NCBI GenBank assembly: GCA_903946925.1
Contig: CAJAXK010000259.1
Span: 4,286-68,285 of the forward strand
Length of the DNA stretch: 64,000 nucleotides
Reading direction: 5' to 3'
DNA from: an uncultured Bacteroidales bacterium
GTDB lineage: Bacteria > Bacteroidota > Bacteroidia > Bacteroidales > UBA4417
Positions 1 through 9,187 of this stretch are shown piece by piece; within the stretch, counting starts at the first letter, position 1, and every line of letters begins with the position of its first letter. The position numbers were made by a program, and so were the translations under genes. The notes beneath the pieces were generated by a model. The model did not search any database and was not told the origin of the DNA. It saw only the letters and a list, made by a program, of their open reading frames with translations.

Positions 1-2
1 TT

Positions 3-158
3 GATCATGACAGGTATGCCAATGGCAAAGGGAAACTTTATTGTGGAACTGATGTTGACGGCAATCCAACCATGGATTACACTAAAGTTTCAGAACCTGC
101 CGGAAAAGGTGGAGACGACTATGGATTGATTCAAGCTAGAGTAGAAATTGACTTCTAA
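3..158 (+). CDS. 3' end of a gene starting upstream of the window (product unknown)
   Basis: Frame is open from the window edge to TAA at 156-158 (...GKGGDDYGLIQARVEIDF*). No recognisable motif. Confidence 0.3.
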   Translation, partial: DHDRYANGKGKLYCGTDVDGNPTMDYTKVSEPAGKGGDDYGLIQARVEIDF

Positions 159-185
159 AAACAACTAACAGTTAAAATAAAGATA

Positions 186-1763
186 ATGAAAACAAGAATA
201 TTTTTATCAGTTCTTTCAGCGACAATGATTTTTCTATCGGGTTGCGTGAAAGATGACCTATATGTAGATGATACAACACCAGGCTCCGATATTGTGCTGG
301 TAATAAACGAAGTTGCTTCAAACAATGGCGATCCAAATCCAGACTGGATGGAAATATACAATCCTGGCGATGCTGAAGTTGACATTAGTGGTTTTGGGGT
401 TTATGATAAACCTGCTGCTATTTATACATTTCCTGCAGGTACAAAAATTGCCGCTAAAGGTTTTTTTGTAGTAGTTTGCGATGTTGCACTGGCGGGAACT
501 GATCCAACCAAATATGCTGCCTTTGGAATTTCATCAGGTGGCGAATCCGTTTTCTTGGTCGATACCAATACTGCAATAATCGATCAGGTTGATGTACCGG
601 CAATGCCCCTGGGCATATCGTATGCAAGAATCCCTGATGGAGGCGATGTTTTCGCAAACGCCAATCCTACAAAAGGAACTGAAAACAGCAATACAAATGA
701 ACCTCCGCTTCTTATAGCAGATTCCATAGCAAACCCTAATGATAATAGCAGTTTTGATTATTCGGTAACAGCTTCTGATGCCGGAGGGATCAGGGATGTG
801 AAAATATACACCGAAACAGGGACTGATGTTAAAATAACTGAAATGGCCCCGACTGGTGGCGGGATATACAAATTCAAATTCCCCGTAATGGTAGCTGGCA
901 CAACCGTAAAATACTATGTTGTAGCTACTGACGAAACTGGAAAAAAAACATATTTCCCAACTACTGCCCCTGCCGTTAATGCGAGTTTTACGGTAACTAA
1001 TGGAACCCCAAATTTTGAATCGGTAGTTCTTTCGAATGAGAACCCATCGGATGGCGAAGCAGTTAATTTTACGGTTAAAGCCTATGACAAAACAGGAGTT
1101 AAAGAAGTGAGGTTATATTACACGCTTAATGATGCGCTTGCCACAACCAAAGTAACTGTAATACTAACCACAACTGACAATTTAACATTTACTGGCACCA
1201 TTCCCGGTCAACCTGATTTAACAAAAATCAGTTATTATTTAAGGGCTGAAGACAATTCCTCATTAAGGACCTATTTCCCCGCTGAAACAGTTGTGGGTGG
1301 TGTTGTTACCAGTGAATTTAACCACGATGTTGCAAGTACATGGCCATTTATAAAAGTTGCTCCATTAGCGCCACTCAATCAATTGGTTATTAACGAAATT
1401 CAAGCCTCAGGGACTCCATGGGATTTTATCGAACTGTACAATTCAACAAATGCAACAATTGATATCAGCGGATTTAAAATTTATGATTCTGGTGGCCTTG
1501 GGGCAGCATATCCAATACCGGCTGGAACCAGCATAGCCGCAGGTGGTTTCTATGTTATGGAAACAGGTTCGGGATCGCCTCAGGGACAATTCGGGATTTC
1601 CTCATCAGGAGAGGATATTACCCTTGTAAATGGCTCAGATGTTATTGTTGACCAATTACTTAAAGCAAACTGGCCTGGGGTTCCCTTAGTTGCCCGCAAG
1701 AAAGATGGACTTCCTAAATGGATTGTTCCAACTAGTGAATCAAAAGGTACGGCCAACCCATAA
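186..1763 (+). CDS. Lipoprotein with two lamin-tail (LTD) domains flanking Ig-like repeats
   Basis: 525-aa ORF with lipoprotein signal '...IFLSGC'. N-terminal 'VINEVASNNGDPNPDWMEIYNPGDAEVDISGF' and C-terminal 'VINEIQASGTPWDFIELYNSTNATIDISGF' fit the LTD signature. Confidence 0.8.
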   Translation: MKTRIFLSVLSATMIFLSGCVKDDLYVDDTTPGSDIVLVINEVASNNGDPNPDWMEIYNPGDAEVDISGFGVYDKPAAIYTFPAGTKIAAKGFFVVVCDVALAGTDPTKYAAFGISSGGESVFLVDTNTAIIDQVDVPAMPLGISYARIPDGGDVFANANPTKGTENSNTNEPPLLIADSIANPNDNSSFDYSVTASDAGGIRDVKIYTETGTDVKITEMAPTGGGIYKFKFPVMVAGTTVKYYVVATDETGKKTYFPTTAPAVNASFTVTNGTPNFESVVLSNENPSDGEAVNFTVKAYDKTGVKEVRLYYTLNDALATTKVTVILTTTDNLTFTGTIPGQPDLTKISYYLRAEDNSSLRTYFPAETVVGGVVTSEFNHDVASTWPFIKVAPLAPLNQLVINEIQASGTPWDFIELYNSTNATIDISGFKIYDSGGLGAAYPIPAGTSIAAGGFYVMETGSGSPQGQFGISSSGEDITLVNGSDVIVDQLLKANWPGVPLVARKKDGLPKWIVPTSESKGTANP

Positions 1764-1793
1764 GTAATTTTGAAATACTTAAAATGGAATAAT

Positions 1794-2582
1794 ATGGAAA
1801 TGGAATCGCAATTATCGGCAAATAATCGCGGTTTCGTTTCCGTATGGCTTTTTGTACCGGTTTTATTGTTTTTGCTCTTTGCTAACGCTTGTACAAAAGA
1901 TAAGAAAGACACCTTGGCCATGCTTGAACCTGTCGCAGTTTACAATGTGGATATCCCTGAAACTTCGGACCTTAGTTTCGGTTACTCAAAAGAAGTATTA
2001 TATACTGTGAGCGATCGAACAGCAAAAGTGTATAAAATCACTACCCAAGGCAAAGTGCTTTCGGAACTTTCATTTACAGGTAGCGATTTGGAAGGGGTAT
2101 GTTATGCTGGGAATCAATCCCTTTATGTTGTGGAAGAGCGGTTGCGAACAGTAATAAAACTAGATTTACAAGGCATCAAACTTGAACAAAAGGCAATTCC
2201 AGTTAAGATAAATGATGATAACCAAGGGTTTGAGGGTATTACGAATGCTACCCTCAACAGGCATTTTTACATACTCAACGAAAAAAATCCTGGCTTGCTG
2301 ATCGAAACTGATGAAAACCTTAATATCCTCACAAGCTATCCGCTGTCATTTGCCAGTGATTATTCAGGCATTTGCGTTGATAATGTAAACCAACAACTCT
2401 GGATAGTTAGCGATGAATCGGCAAGTGTAACAAAATGCACAATGAAGGGTGAATTAATCGAAAGCTTCCGCATTCCGGTATCAAATCCCGAGGGAATAGC
2501 TTTTAATCCCGAAACCAATCAACTGTTTATAATAAGTGATTCTGAAGCAAGGCTTTACTTGTTTCAAATTAAGAACCAATAA
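1794..2582 (+). CDS. SdiA-regulated/YjiK-like beta-propeller lipoprotein
   Basis: The ORF opens at TTG 1770; ATG 1794 is the likelier start. Lipobox 'LFANAC'. Repeated 'LEGV/FEGIT/YSGIC/PEGIAF' blades are typical of the SdiA-regulated (YjiK) family. Confidence 0.7.
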   Translation: MEMESQLSANNRGFVSVWLFVPVLLFLLFANACTKDKKDTLAMLEPVAVYNVDIPETSDLSFGYSKEVLYTVSDRTAKVYKITTQGKVLSELSFTGSDLEGVCYAGNQSLYVVEERLRTVIKLDLQGIKLEQKAIPVKINDDNQGFEGITNATLNRHFYILNEKNPGLLIETDENLNILTSYPLSFASDYSGICVDNVNQQLWIVSDESASVTKCTMKGELIESFRIPVSNPEGIAFNPETNQLFIISDSEARLYLFQIKNQ

Positions 2583-2593
2583 ATTCAAACCCC

Positions 2594-3235
2594 ATGGCAA
2601 ATGAAGAATTAAAAATAGGCGAAATATCTAAACCAAGATTCGAATTCCGATCGTTCGGACAGGATTTTGAAGCAGCAGCCAAACGCATGGCACGGTTATC
2701 AATGCCGGTTCCCGAAAAAGTTTGGGAAAGGTATTCAGATGAAATCTACATCCTCTCGCGCACAAACGACATCAACAACACTAAGGTTCGCGACGGGAAA
2801 ATGGATATCAAAACTTACGTTCAAACCGTGGATGGTCTTGAGCAGTGGAACCCACTGATGAAAGGCGAATTCCCAATACAGGCTTCGGTTTTAAAAAACG
2901 AGGTTTTCCCCGCTTTTCAGGTTACTACGCCTGAATTAACCCAGGATGTTTATTCTTTTGATGAATTCATGGAAATTATCAATACCCATCCCGATTTGGC
3001 GGCAGTAAAGGTACACAAGCAACGCTTCGGCTATATGGTAAACAATACGATATGCGAATACGGGGAAGTGCTGATTAATGGCGCAAGAGTTATGACGATA
3101 AACTCCGAATCTACTGAAGTGGACGATATTAAAAAGACAGTCAAGGATATTGGATTGGAAACTGTGGAAAACATCAACTATCTACAGGCGATAAAACGTG
3201 TTATCGGCATGATTAACAAACCTTTGGCAAACTAA
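2594..3235 (+). CDS. Hypothetical protein, possibly a degenerate CYTH-like fold
   Basis: 213-aa ORF. 'RFEFRSF' lies where CYTH proteins carry ExExK. 'HKQRFGY...CEYGEVLING...MTINSES' parallels 'DKTRYQV...FEVDEFYGEN...AEVELS' of the next gene. Confidence 0.55.
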   Translation: MANEELKIGEISKPRFEFRSFGQDFEAAAKRMARLSMPVPEKVWERYSDEIYILSRTNDINNTKVRDGKMDIKTYVQTVDGLEQWNPLMKGEFPIQASVLKNEVFPAFQVTTPELTQDVYSFDEFMEIINTHPDLAAVKVHKQRFGYMVNNTICEYGEVLINGARVMTINSESTEVDDIKKTVKDIGLETVENINYLQAIKRVIGMINKPLAN

Positions 3236-3523
3236 GCGGGGATTCGCCGGGATAATTTGTTCAGGGTTCAGAGTTCCGGGGTTCCGGTTTCCGGATTCCA
3301 AGTTCTATACTTTGAAGGTTTGTCAACTTTTAAATAGGACAAAAATGGGGGAAACATTAAAAAATTGGGAGTTTGCCCGAAGCAAGCAACCCGGCACAAG
3401 GAACCCGGCACATGGAACCCGGCACATGGAACCCGGCACAAAAAACCTTTACTTTAAGAAATGATGTTTCCACAAATTATTAAAACAGAATTTAAACTTC
3501 AATAACATTTAAACACTGAAATA

Positions 3524-3991
3524 ATGGCACAAGAAATAGAACGCAAATTCCTGGTGAAAGGTGATTTTAAGCAGGATGTATATAAAGAAACACGGATTAC
3601 GCAAGGCTATCTATCTTCTGTTCCTGAACGGACAGTACGCGTTAGGATAAAAGGCGACAAAGGGTTTATCACCATTAAAGGTATTGGAAACGCTTCAGGG
3701 GCAAGCAGGTACGAATGGGAAAAAGAAATCCCGGTTAATGAAGTGGACGCGCTTTTACAGATTTGCGAGCCTGGGGTAATTGATAAAACACGTTACCAGG
3801 TAAAATCGGGGATCCACACTTTTGAAGTGGATGAATTTTATGGCGAAAATCAAGGATTAACGGTAGCAGAGGTAGAATTAAGTGCCGAAGACGAAGGATT
3901 TATAAAACCAGCATGGCTCGGCGAAGAAGTAACCGGCAACGTAAAATATTACAATTCCATGCTGATGAAGAATCCATTTACAAAATGGTAG
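3524..3991 (+). CDS. CYTH-domain protein (triphosphate tunnel metalloenzyme / class IV adenylate cyclase family)
   Basis: 155 aa. N-terminal 'EIERKF' is the ExExK motif. 'RVRIKGDKGFITIKG', 'EVDEF' and 'AEVEL' acidic strands are present. Confidence 0.85.
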   Translation: MAQEIERKFLVKGDFKQDVYKETRITQGYLSSVPERTVRVRIKGDKGFITIKGIGNASGASRYEWEKEIPVNEVDALLQICEPGVIDKTRYQVKSGIHTFEVDEFYGENQGLTVAEVELSAEDEGFIKPAWLGEEVTGNVKYYNSMLMKNPFTKW

Positions 3992-4105
3992 CTTAGTTTT
4001 ATCCGTTCAATGAATCTACCTGCCTAAACCTTAAAATGTAGGGTTTAGGGAAAGGGCTTCATTTTCTTCCTATCCGATTGTATATAAATTAACTGAATTT
4101 GCAAA

Positions 4106-5728
4106 ATGACTGAGCCAAACAAAAAGATACCTGAAGATACCTCTTTCGATCTTTTGGATATGCACAACTATCGGATCGAAAAGCTTCCGAAACGTAAGAA
4201 AGGCAATTTTGAAAAATGGCTGACGTACATAGGGCCTCCATTGGCTATTGTTTCATTTGTATTATTGGGTTTCGTCTTGAAATTGTCATTTTTGCAACAG
4301 ATAGACCCAACCCAACTTACGGAAGAGGCAAAAAAAGTATTTGATAAAATCGGGGCCGAGGCGTTTTCACGGAACAATGCGGTACTGCTTGGGATTTTTG
4401 TTGCGGGACTCATTCTCTGGATAACCGAATCGCTTCCTAATTACCTCACTTCGCTTATTCTTATAGTTTCCCTGGTGCTTACAGGGGTGCTGCCCGAGAA
4501 AAAAGCGTATGCCGAATTAGGAAATCCTGTTATGTGGCTCAATATCATGTCGTTTGTATTAGCTAGCATGTTGGTAGCAACCGGAGTTGCAAAACGATTT
4601 GCACTTTGGTTTATTCTGAAATTTGGCAAAAATGCCGGAACAATTTTCCTGAGTTTCATGGTGATCAATATTGTATTATCTGCCTTTATTTCAGCAACCA
4701 CAGCAAAAGCAGCCATCCTGTTGCCTATTTTTATGGTTATTGCAGCCATTTATGGTGCACGTGGCGGCGATCACCGCAATAATTTCGGACGGAGCATCGT
4801 ATTGCAGAATTTGCTTTATATCAACATTGGGGCAAGTGGTTTTTTAACCGGATCAGGTGCCAATCTACTGGCGGCTGCCTTAATTGGCGGGGCTATTGGC
4901 GGAAATGTATTTTTCGGCGACTGGATGATGGCCATGTTCCCGATGATGCTGACCGTGATGCTAATTGGCTATTGGCTCGCCATGAGGGTGTTTTTCCCCC
5001 TTACTCCAGCGGAGCGTTTGCCACAGATTGAAGGTGGTATCGAGAGGTTAAGAAGTGAATATGCCAAACTTGGCAAAGTTAGTTTCCAGGAAAAAAAATC
5101 AGTGGTAATCTTTCTATTAATTCTTGGTTTCTGGTCAACAGATAAAATACATGGGATAAGCCCAACTGCTATCGCTTTTGTTGGTGCCATTATCGCACTG
5201 CTTCCCCGCATCGGGATAATCCAGTGGAACGAAGTGGATATCCCTTGGCATTTAATGTTGTTTTCGGCTGGTGCTTATGCCTTGGGAGCCGGATTTGCGG
5301 CAACCGATCTTCCCTCAATCAGTGTAAATGCCTTTTTCGATCATATTGGAATCGGCAACGAAACCCCATTTTGGGTACTTTATTTATTATTGACTGGTGT
5401 AATGGTTTTTAGCGCCCTGCTGTTCGAATCAAAAACAATGCGTGCAATGATTTTCGTCCCAATTGCCATTGGCGTTGCCGGTCGGTTTAATTTAAGTGTG
5501 ATAAGCCTTGCTCTCCCGGTAGCTTTTATGATCGAACATGTGTATGTGCTGCCTTTTAACAGCAAACCAGCAGCATTGTTATATGAAACTGATCATTACA
5601 GTGTTGCGGATACGTTTAAGTATGGTTTCACTATGATGGTAACGGCTTGGCTTTTAATAATACTTGCCGGTGAAACCTGGTTTAAAGTATTAGGGATTAC
5701 CCCTAATGGTGTATTTGGGGTTTTCTAA
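4106..5728 (+). CDS. SLC13/DASS-type anion:cation symporter permease
   Basis: 540 aa and polytopic, with two-fold repeated hydrophobic architecture. Family resemblance to DASS/ArsB-NhaD superfamily permeases. Confidence 0.8.
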   Translation: MTEPNKKIPEDTSFDLLDMHNYRIEKLPKRKKGNFEKWLTYIGPPLAIVSFVLLGFVLKLSFLQQIDPTQLTEEAKKVFDKIGAEAFSRNNAVLLGIFVAGLILWITESLPNYLTSLILIVSLVLTGVLPEKKAYAELGNPVMWLNIMSFVLASMLVATGVAKRFALWFILKFGKNAGTIFLSFMVINIVLSAFISATTAKAAILLPIFMVIAAIYGARGGDHRNNFGRSIVLQNLLYINIGASGFLTGSGANLLAAALIGGAIGGNVFFGDWMMAMFPMMLTVMLIGYWLAMRVFFPLTPAERLPQIEGGIERLRSEYAKLGKVSFQEKKSVVIFLLILGFWSTDKIHGISPTAIAFVGAIIALLPRIGIIQWNEVDIPWHLMLFSAGAYALGAGFAATDLPSISVNAFFDHIGIGNETPFWVLYLLLTGVMVFSALLFESKTMRAMIFVPIAIGVAGRFNLSVISLALPVAFMIEHVYVLPFNSKPAALLYETDHYSVADTFKYGFTMMVTAWLLIILAGETWFKVLGITPNGVFGVF

Positions 5729-5851
5729 AAACTAGATAGAACCTTAGTTCGGAATGGATCTATTCGTCCAAATGGGATTATTTTGTAAAACAATTGCAGG
5801 AATGAAGCTGATAACCCTGCTTATCAAACGGGTTTAAAATAGCAGCTTAAA

Positions 5852-8617
5852 ATGCTAACAAAAACATACAACGATATTGTGAATTTCCTGAGTTTTGCTA
5901 CAAATCTCAGGAAATTGCGCAGCCGGATAAATCAAAGCATCGATTTGCCTGAGATAATCAGCGAATTCCCAAATTCGCACCCGAGAGGGTTCATTAAAGA
6001 ATTTAAAAAAAGGAGAACCACCATTGTCGAGACTTATTTAAGGATTACCAAATGCCTCGAATCAGCCGACTATAACGAAAGGGTTCATGCGCTCAGCTTG
6101 TTAGCTGAACATATCATGTATTCGCGTTCGGTAAAAATGCCGCTCAATGCCGCAAGGGTTCAGCTTGCGCTGATGAAAGAAGTCGTTAAAAACCGCGACA
6201 ATAAGCGGGTACAACTTGAACTGATGCGTGATTTCACGGTTTCTTCCTACGGTCATCCGAGGGCAATCCGTAACTTCCTGAAAAAATTAGATATTATTGA
6301 GGTTCCCGAAACAGGCGAAGAGCTGAAAGACCTGAAAATGGGGTGGGATTTCCATGTTCACGACAGCACTTCTTATGGCCGAAAAACACCTATTCAGCTT
6401 ATCATTGATGCCTTCATTAAAGGTATTTCCGAACTCACTATCGCTTACAACAACCTTGATCGGGAAGAAGCAGTAAAAGAAGTGCTCGAAGCAGGCCGCA
6501 TATTGGGCATCAAAGTTAATATAGCCTTGGAATTTAGTGCGCTAACCAATGGGATGCGGTTCCATTATATGTATATACTGCCTAATTTCTCAAGTAAAAA
6601 AGGCCGGTTTAAGAAATTCCTGAAACAAAGGTCCGACGATTTCAAAGAGTTCCTTCATGAGCTTGAAGAAAACGAAAAAAAGCGGGAGAAAAATATCGCG
6701 CAATTGATTGAAGAATTTAATAATGTGCATCTTACCAAAATCAATGAAGGATACGGTCCCGATTCCATTTACTACCTTCAGCCACTTTCAATCAATGGTG
6801 AGGATAAAACAGTAGGAAATAAAATCTATTCCCGGCGCCAGCTTGGGGAATTTCTTTATCCCAAGCTAAAGGAGGTTCTTGAAAAAAGGGCGTTACAGAT
6901 TACCGCCCTGAAAATCCAGACAGAAAACGCCCCCACACAATTTGGCATCCGCGAGATTGAAACCATCCAAAAACGTTTTACAGATATCCGTTCCCAATAT
7001 CGCCACTTGGAACCAGAAAAAATCAGGTTGGAGTACTTTGCAGGAAACGAATCATTGGCAACCGAAACGGCGGTAAGTAGCCTTCAGGATATTTACAACC
7101 TAGCAAAAAAGGCTGGTGGGAGTATCAAATTTATTCAACCACTCGAACATGGCTTACAAGCAGCTATTGATAAAATCCTCGAAAACCATGAAATGCTTGC
7201 GTTTACCGAGATATATAACATGTATGGAACTATTGACACCAAAGAGTCGGACTTTGTTATATTTACTCACTTCATCAAACTTCTCAACGAAGGAAACCAA
7301 GCCGGTTTAATCCGCTTTTTACACACCAACAACTTAACATTTGATCAGGATAAGCTTGAAACCACACTGTCGTATTTGCGGCAAAACATGCTGATTCCCG
7401 CAATTGGGAGTGACGCCGCAGGACGCTCCACCTTGGCACCAGGCATGGGTTTTGTTTTAGAAAGCCGTTTGCCGAAATACCAGCGCAAATATTTTGAGCG
7501 GAATCATTATAAATTGCCCGATGAAGTTTCGGAATTAATCTACAAGCTCGCAAGAATCCCCAAAACCCCGCTAAAGAAAAAAGAAAAGCCTAAAATTATT
7601 TGTCTGGGAAAACTTGATGCCGGAAAACAAAACATGATTGGCGATGAAAAAATTGAAAAGCCTATCAGTCCCGCCCGTGCATGGGAATACCTTAACCCAG
7701 CAATTAAAAATTCCATTTTTATCCTAATTGGGTTTATACCGGCCTATCTAACAGTAGGCTATGAATATGCGTTTCTCTGGTTAGCCATAACCGGTTCGCG
7801 CAATATGTTCGTTGATGTGATTTCAGGGAACGGATTCAGGCCCAAAGAATGGCATTCGAATGATATTAACTGGACAAATTTTGCACATTCCCTCTTCTGG
7901 ACAGGGTTTTCGGTTCCTATACTGGGATTTGTAAAAGCCCGTTTCGATATTTTATGGACAGGCCCACATGATGGCTTCCTTTTCGAAACCATCAAATTCT
8001 TTTGCCTCAACATCGCAAATGGGATATACCTCGCATCCCATAATTATATCAGGGGTTTTGATAAAGTTACGATCAGGGGGAACTTTTTCCGCAGCATCAT
8101 TGCCTGGCCCTTTGCGGCAGCTTTCTCGCCCCTGGGAAATGCATTGTTTTTGCCCAGTATCGTTCAAACCAAATTCTGGTCCGATTTTGTTGCGGCTATA
8201 ATCGAAGGAAGCGCAAAATACAAAAATATTATTAGGGTTAAATACCAGATTATGAAAAAGTTAATACCCGATTTGGTTAGTGAGGACGAAGAAACGGAGA
8301 AGCTTGCAATGCTCGATATGATTTATTTTATAAACGAAAGCACACGGGCTAAAACCGCATTGCGGAAGCAATTAATACCTTCTCAAAATACATTTAAAAA
8401 GCTTAAAAACTTTATATTAAGAAGAAAGTACAAAGTGCTGATTCCTAACGAATCTCTCATTGAACTTAAAAAAAGGATGGAAACCCCAAACCGGGCTAAC
8501 GAATTAATTAATTATATTATCAAACACTACCATCGCGAGCAGGGTTTGTTCCTGGTTAAAATGGTATCGGAAAATTATTATAAAATACAGAAATGGCTGG
8601 ATAGAATGGATAAGTAG
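5852..8617 (+). CDS. Large uncharacterised protein with a soluble N-terminal ~620 aa and a C-terminal multi-TM region
   Basis: 921-aa uninterrupted ORF. Hydrophobic helices run from about aa 620 to 800 ('NSIFILIGFIPAYLTVGYEYAFLWLAITG', 'LFWTGFSVPILGF', 'FFCLNIANGIYLA', 'IIAWPFAAAFSPLG'). I recognise no family motif. Confidence 0.7.
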   Translation: MLTKTYNDIVNFLSFATNLRKLRSRINQSIDLPEIISEFPNSHPRGFIKEFKKRRTTIVETYLRITKCLESADYNERVHALSLLAEHIMYSRSVKMPLNAARVQLALMKEVVKNRDNKRVQLELMRDFTVSSYGHPRAIRNFLKKLDIIEVPETGEELKDLKMGWDFHVHDSTSYGRKTPIQLIIDAFIKGISELTIAYNNLDREEAVKEVLEAGRILGIKVNIALEFSALTNGMRFHYMYILPNFSSKKGRFKKFLKQRSDDFKEFLHELEENEKKREKNIAQLIEEFNNVHLTKINEGYGPDSIYYLQPLSINGEDKTVGNKIYSRRQLGEFLYPKLKEVLEKRALQITALKIQTENAPTQFGIREIETIQKRFTDIRSQYRHLEPEKIRLEYFAGNESLATETAVSSLQDIYNLAKKAGGSIKFIQPLEHGLQAAIDKILENHEMLAFTEIYNMYGTIDTKESDFVIFTHFIKLLNEGNQAGLIRFLHTNNLTFDQDKLETTLSYLRQNMLIPAIGSDAAGRSTLAPGMGFVLESRLPKYQRKYFERNHYKLPDEVSELIYKLARIPKTPLKKKEKPKIICLGKLDAGKQNMIGDEKIEKPISPARAWEYLNPAIKNSIFILIGFIPAYLTVGYEYAFLWLAITGSRNMFVDVISGNGFRPKEWHSNDINWTNFAHSLFWTGFSVPILGFVKARFDILWTGPHDGFLFETIKFFCLNIANGIYLASHNYIRGFDKVTIRGNFFRSIIAWPFAAAFSPLGNALFLPSIVQTKFWSDFVAAIIEGSAKYKNIIRVKYQIMKKLIPDLVSEDEETEKLAMLDMIYFINESTRAKTALRKQLIPSQNTFKKLKNFILRRKYKVLIPNESLIELKKRMETPNRANELINYIIKHYHREQGLFLVKMVSENYYKIQKWLDRMDK

Positions 8618-8875
8618 GGTTTGTTTTTTAGGATGCTACATTTTTGATTCAAAAAAAGGGACATCGTTTTGCTTTTTCTTAGGCAAACCTAAAAACTGCT
8701 ATACCTATTGCTTATAAAATCAAAAATCGTTGACCAAGCGAAGCGTTCTAGTGCCGTGCAGTGTTCCACCCAGCACAACGAGCTCCAAGATGAAATTTAC
8801 GATCAACACTCGGCTATTTATCTAATTTGCCAACTTTTCGGTGCAAGAGCTTATATATACAATTTGAAATTAGAA

Positions 8876-8909
8876 GAGCCGTGTGAAGGGAGGCTTTCAA
8901 GCACGGTTC
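8876..8909 (+). ncRNA. Group II intron domain V-like hairpin (orphan 3' fragment)
   Basis: 'GAGCCGTGTGAAGGGAGGCTTTCAAGCACGGTTC' is 34 nt. It has the AGC triad, an 8-bp basal stem GAGCCGTG/CACGGTTC, a 2-nt bulge and a distal stem-loop, as in bacterial domain V. No RT ORF or 5' GUGYG lies nearby. Confidence 0.45.
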
Positions 8910-8989
8910 TGTGAGAGGCTTGGGGTGAAATTTCCATTGCCGACTCGACCGGTATCACAAACAACTTAAATACAAGCAATTGTGAGTAA

Positions 8990-9090
8990 ACTTAGAGGCT
9001 TTGTGCCACATCGGAAAGGGTTCGGCTGAGCTCACGCCGAAGTTTCAGTGTATCACTTTGTGGCCAAAAAAGACTCTTCGGAGTTGAATC
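8990..9090 (-). repeat. Diverged copy of the MITE-like hairpin repeat family
   Basis: The reverse complement reads 'ACTCCGAAGAGTCTTTTTTGGCCACAAAG...GTGGCACAAAGCCTC'. It shares the left arm with the copies at 18012 and 50411. Confidence 0.5.
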
Positions 9091-9187
9091 AAAAAAAGGG
9101 TTTTAGTAATTATAAAAATAAAAAAATACGCACCCCACCAATATTTTAGTATTTTCGTATCATTAAACAGAGGATTTAAAGCGAGGT

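Noticed and set aside
4041-4050. Plant-telomere-like heptamers (TTTAGGG / CCCTAAA) at 4041-4050 and 12406-12415.
   Set aside because: These are single units inside a bacterial intergenic hairpin or repeat family, not telomeric arrays. The resemblance is coincidental.
8708-8914. 68-aa ORF in the gene-free stretch upstream of the ECF sigma gene.
   Set aside because: It overlaps the domain-V-like hairpin and has no coding features. The region is better explained as non-coding mobile-element debris.
8646-9097. 12-nt direct repeat 'TCAAAAAAAGGG' at 8649-8660 and 9086-9097, bracketing the intron-like fragment and a MITE-like copy. It could be a target-site duplication.
   Set aside because: It is dominated by an A-run in AT-rich DNA, so a chance match is plausible. 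No terminal inverted repeats define an element between the two copies.
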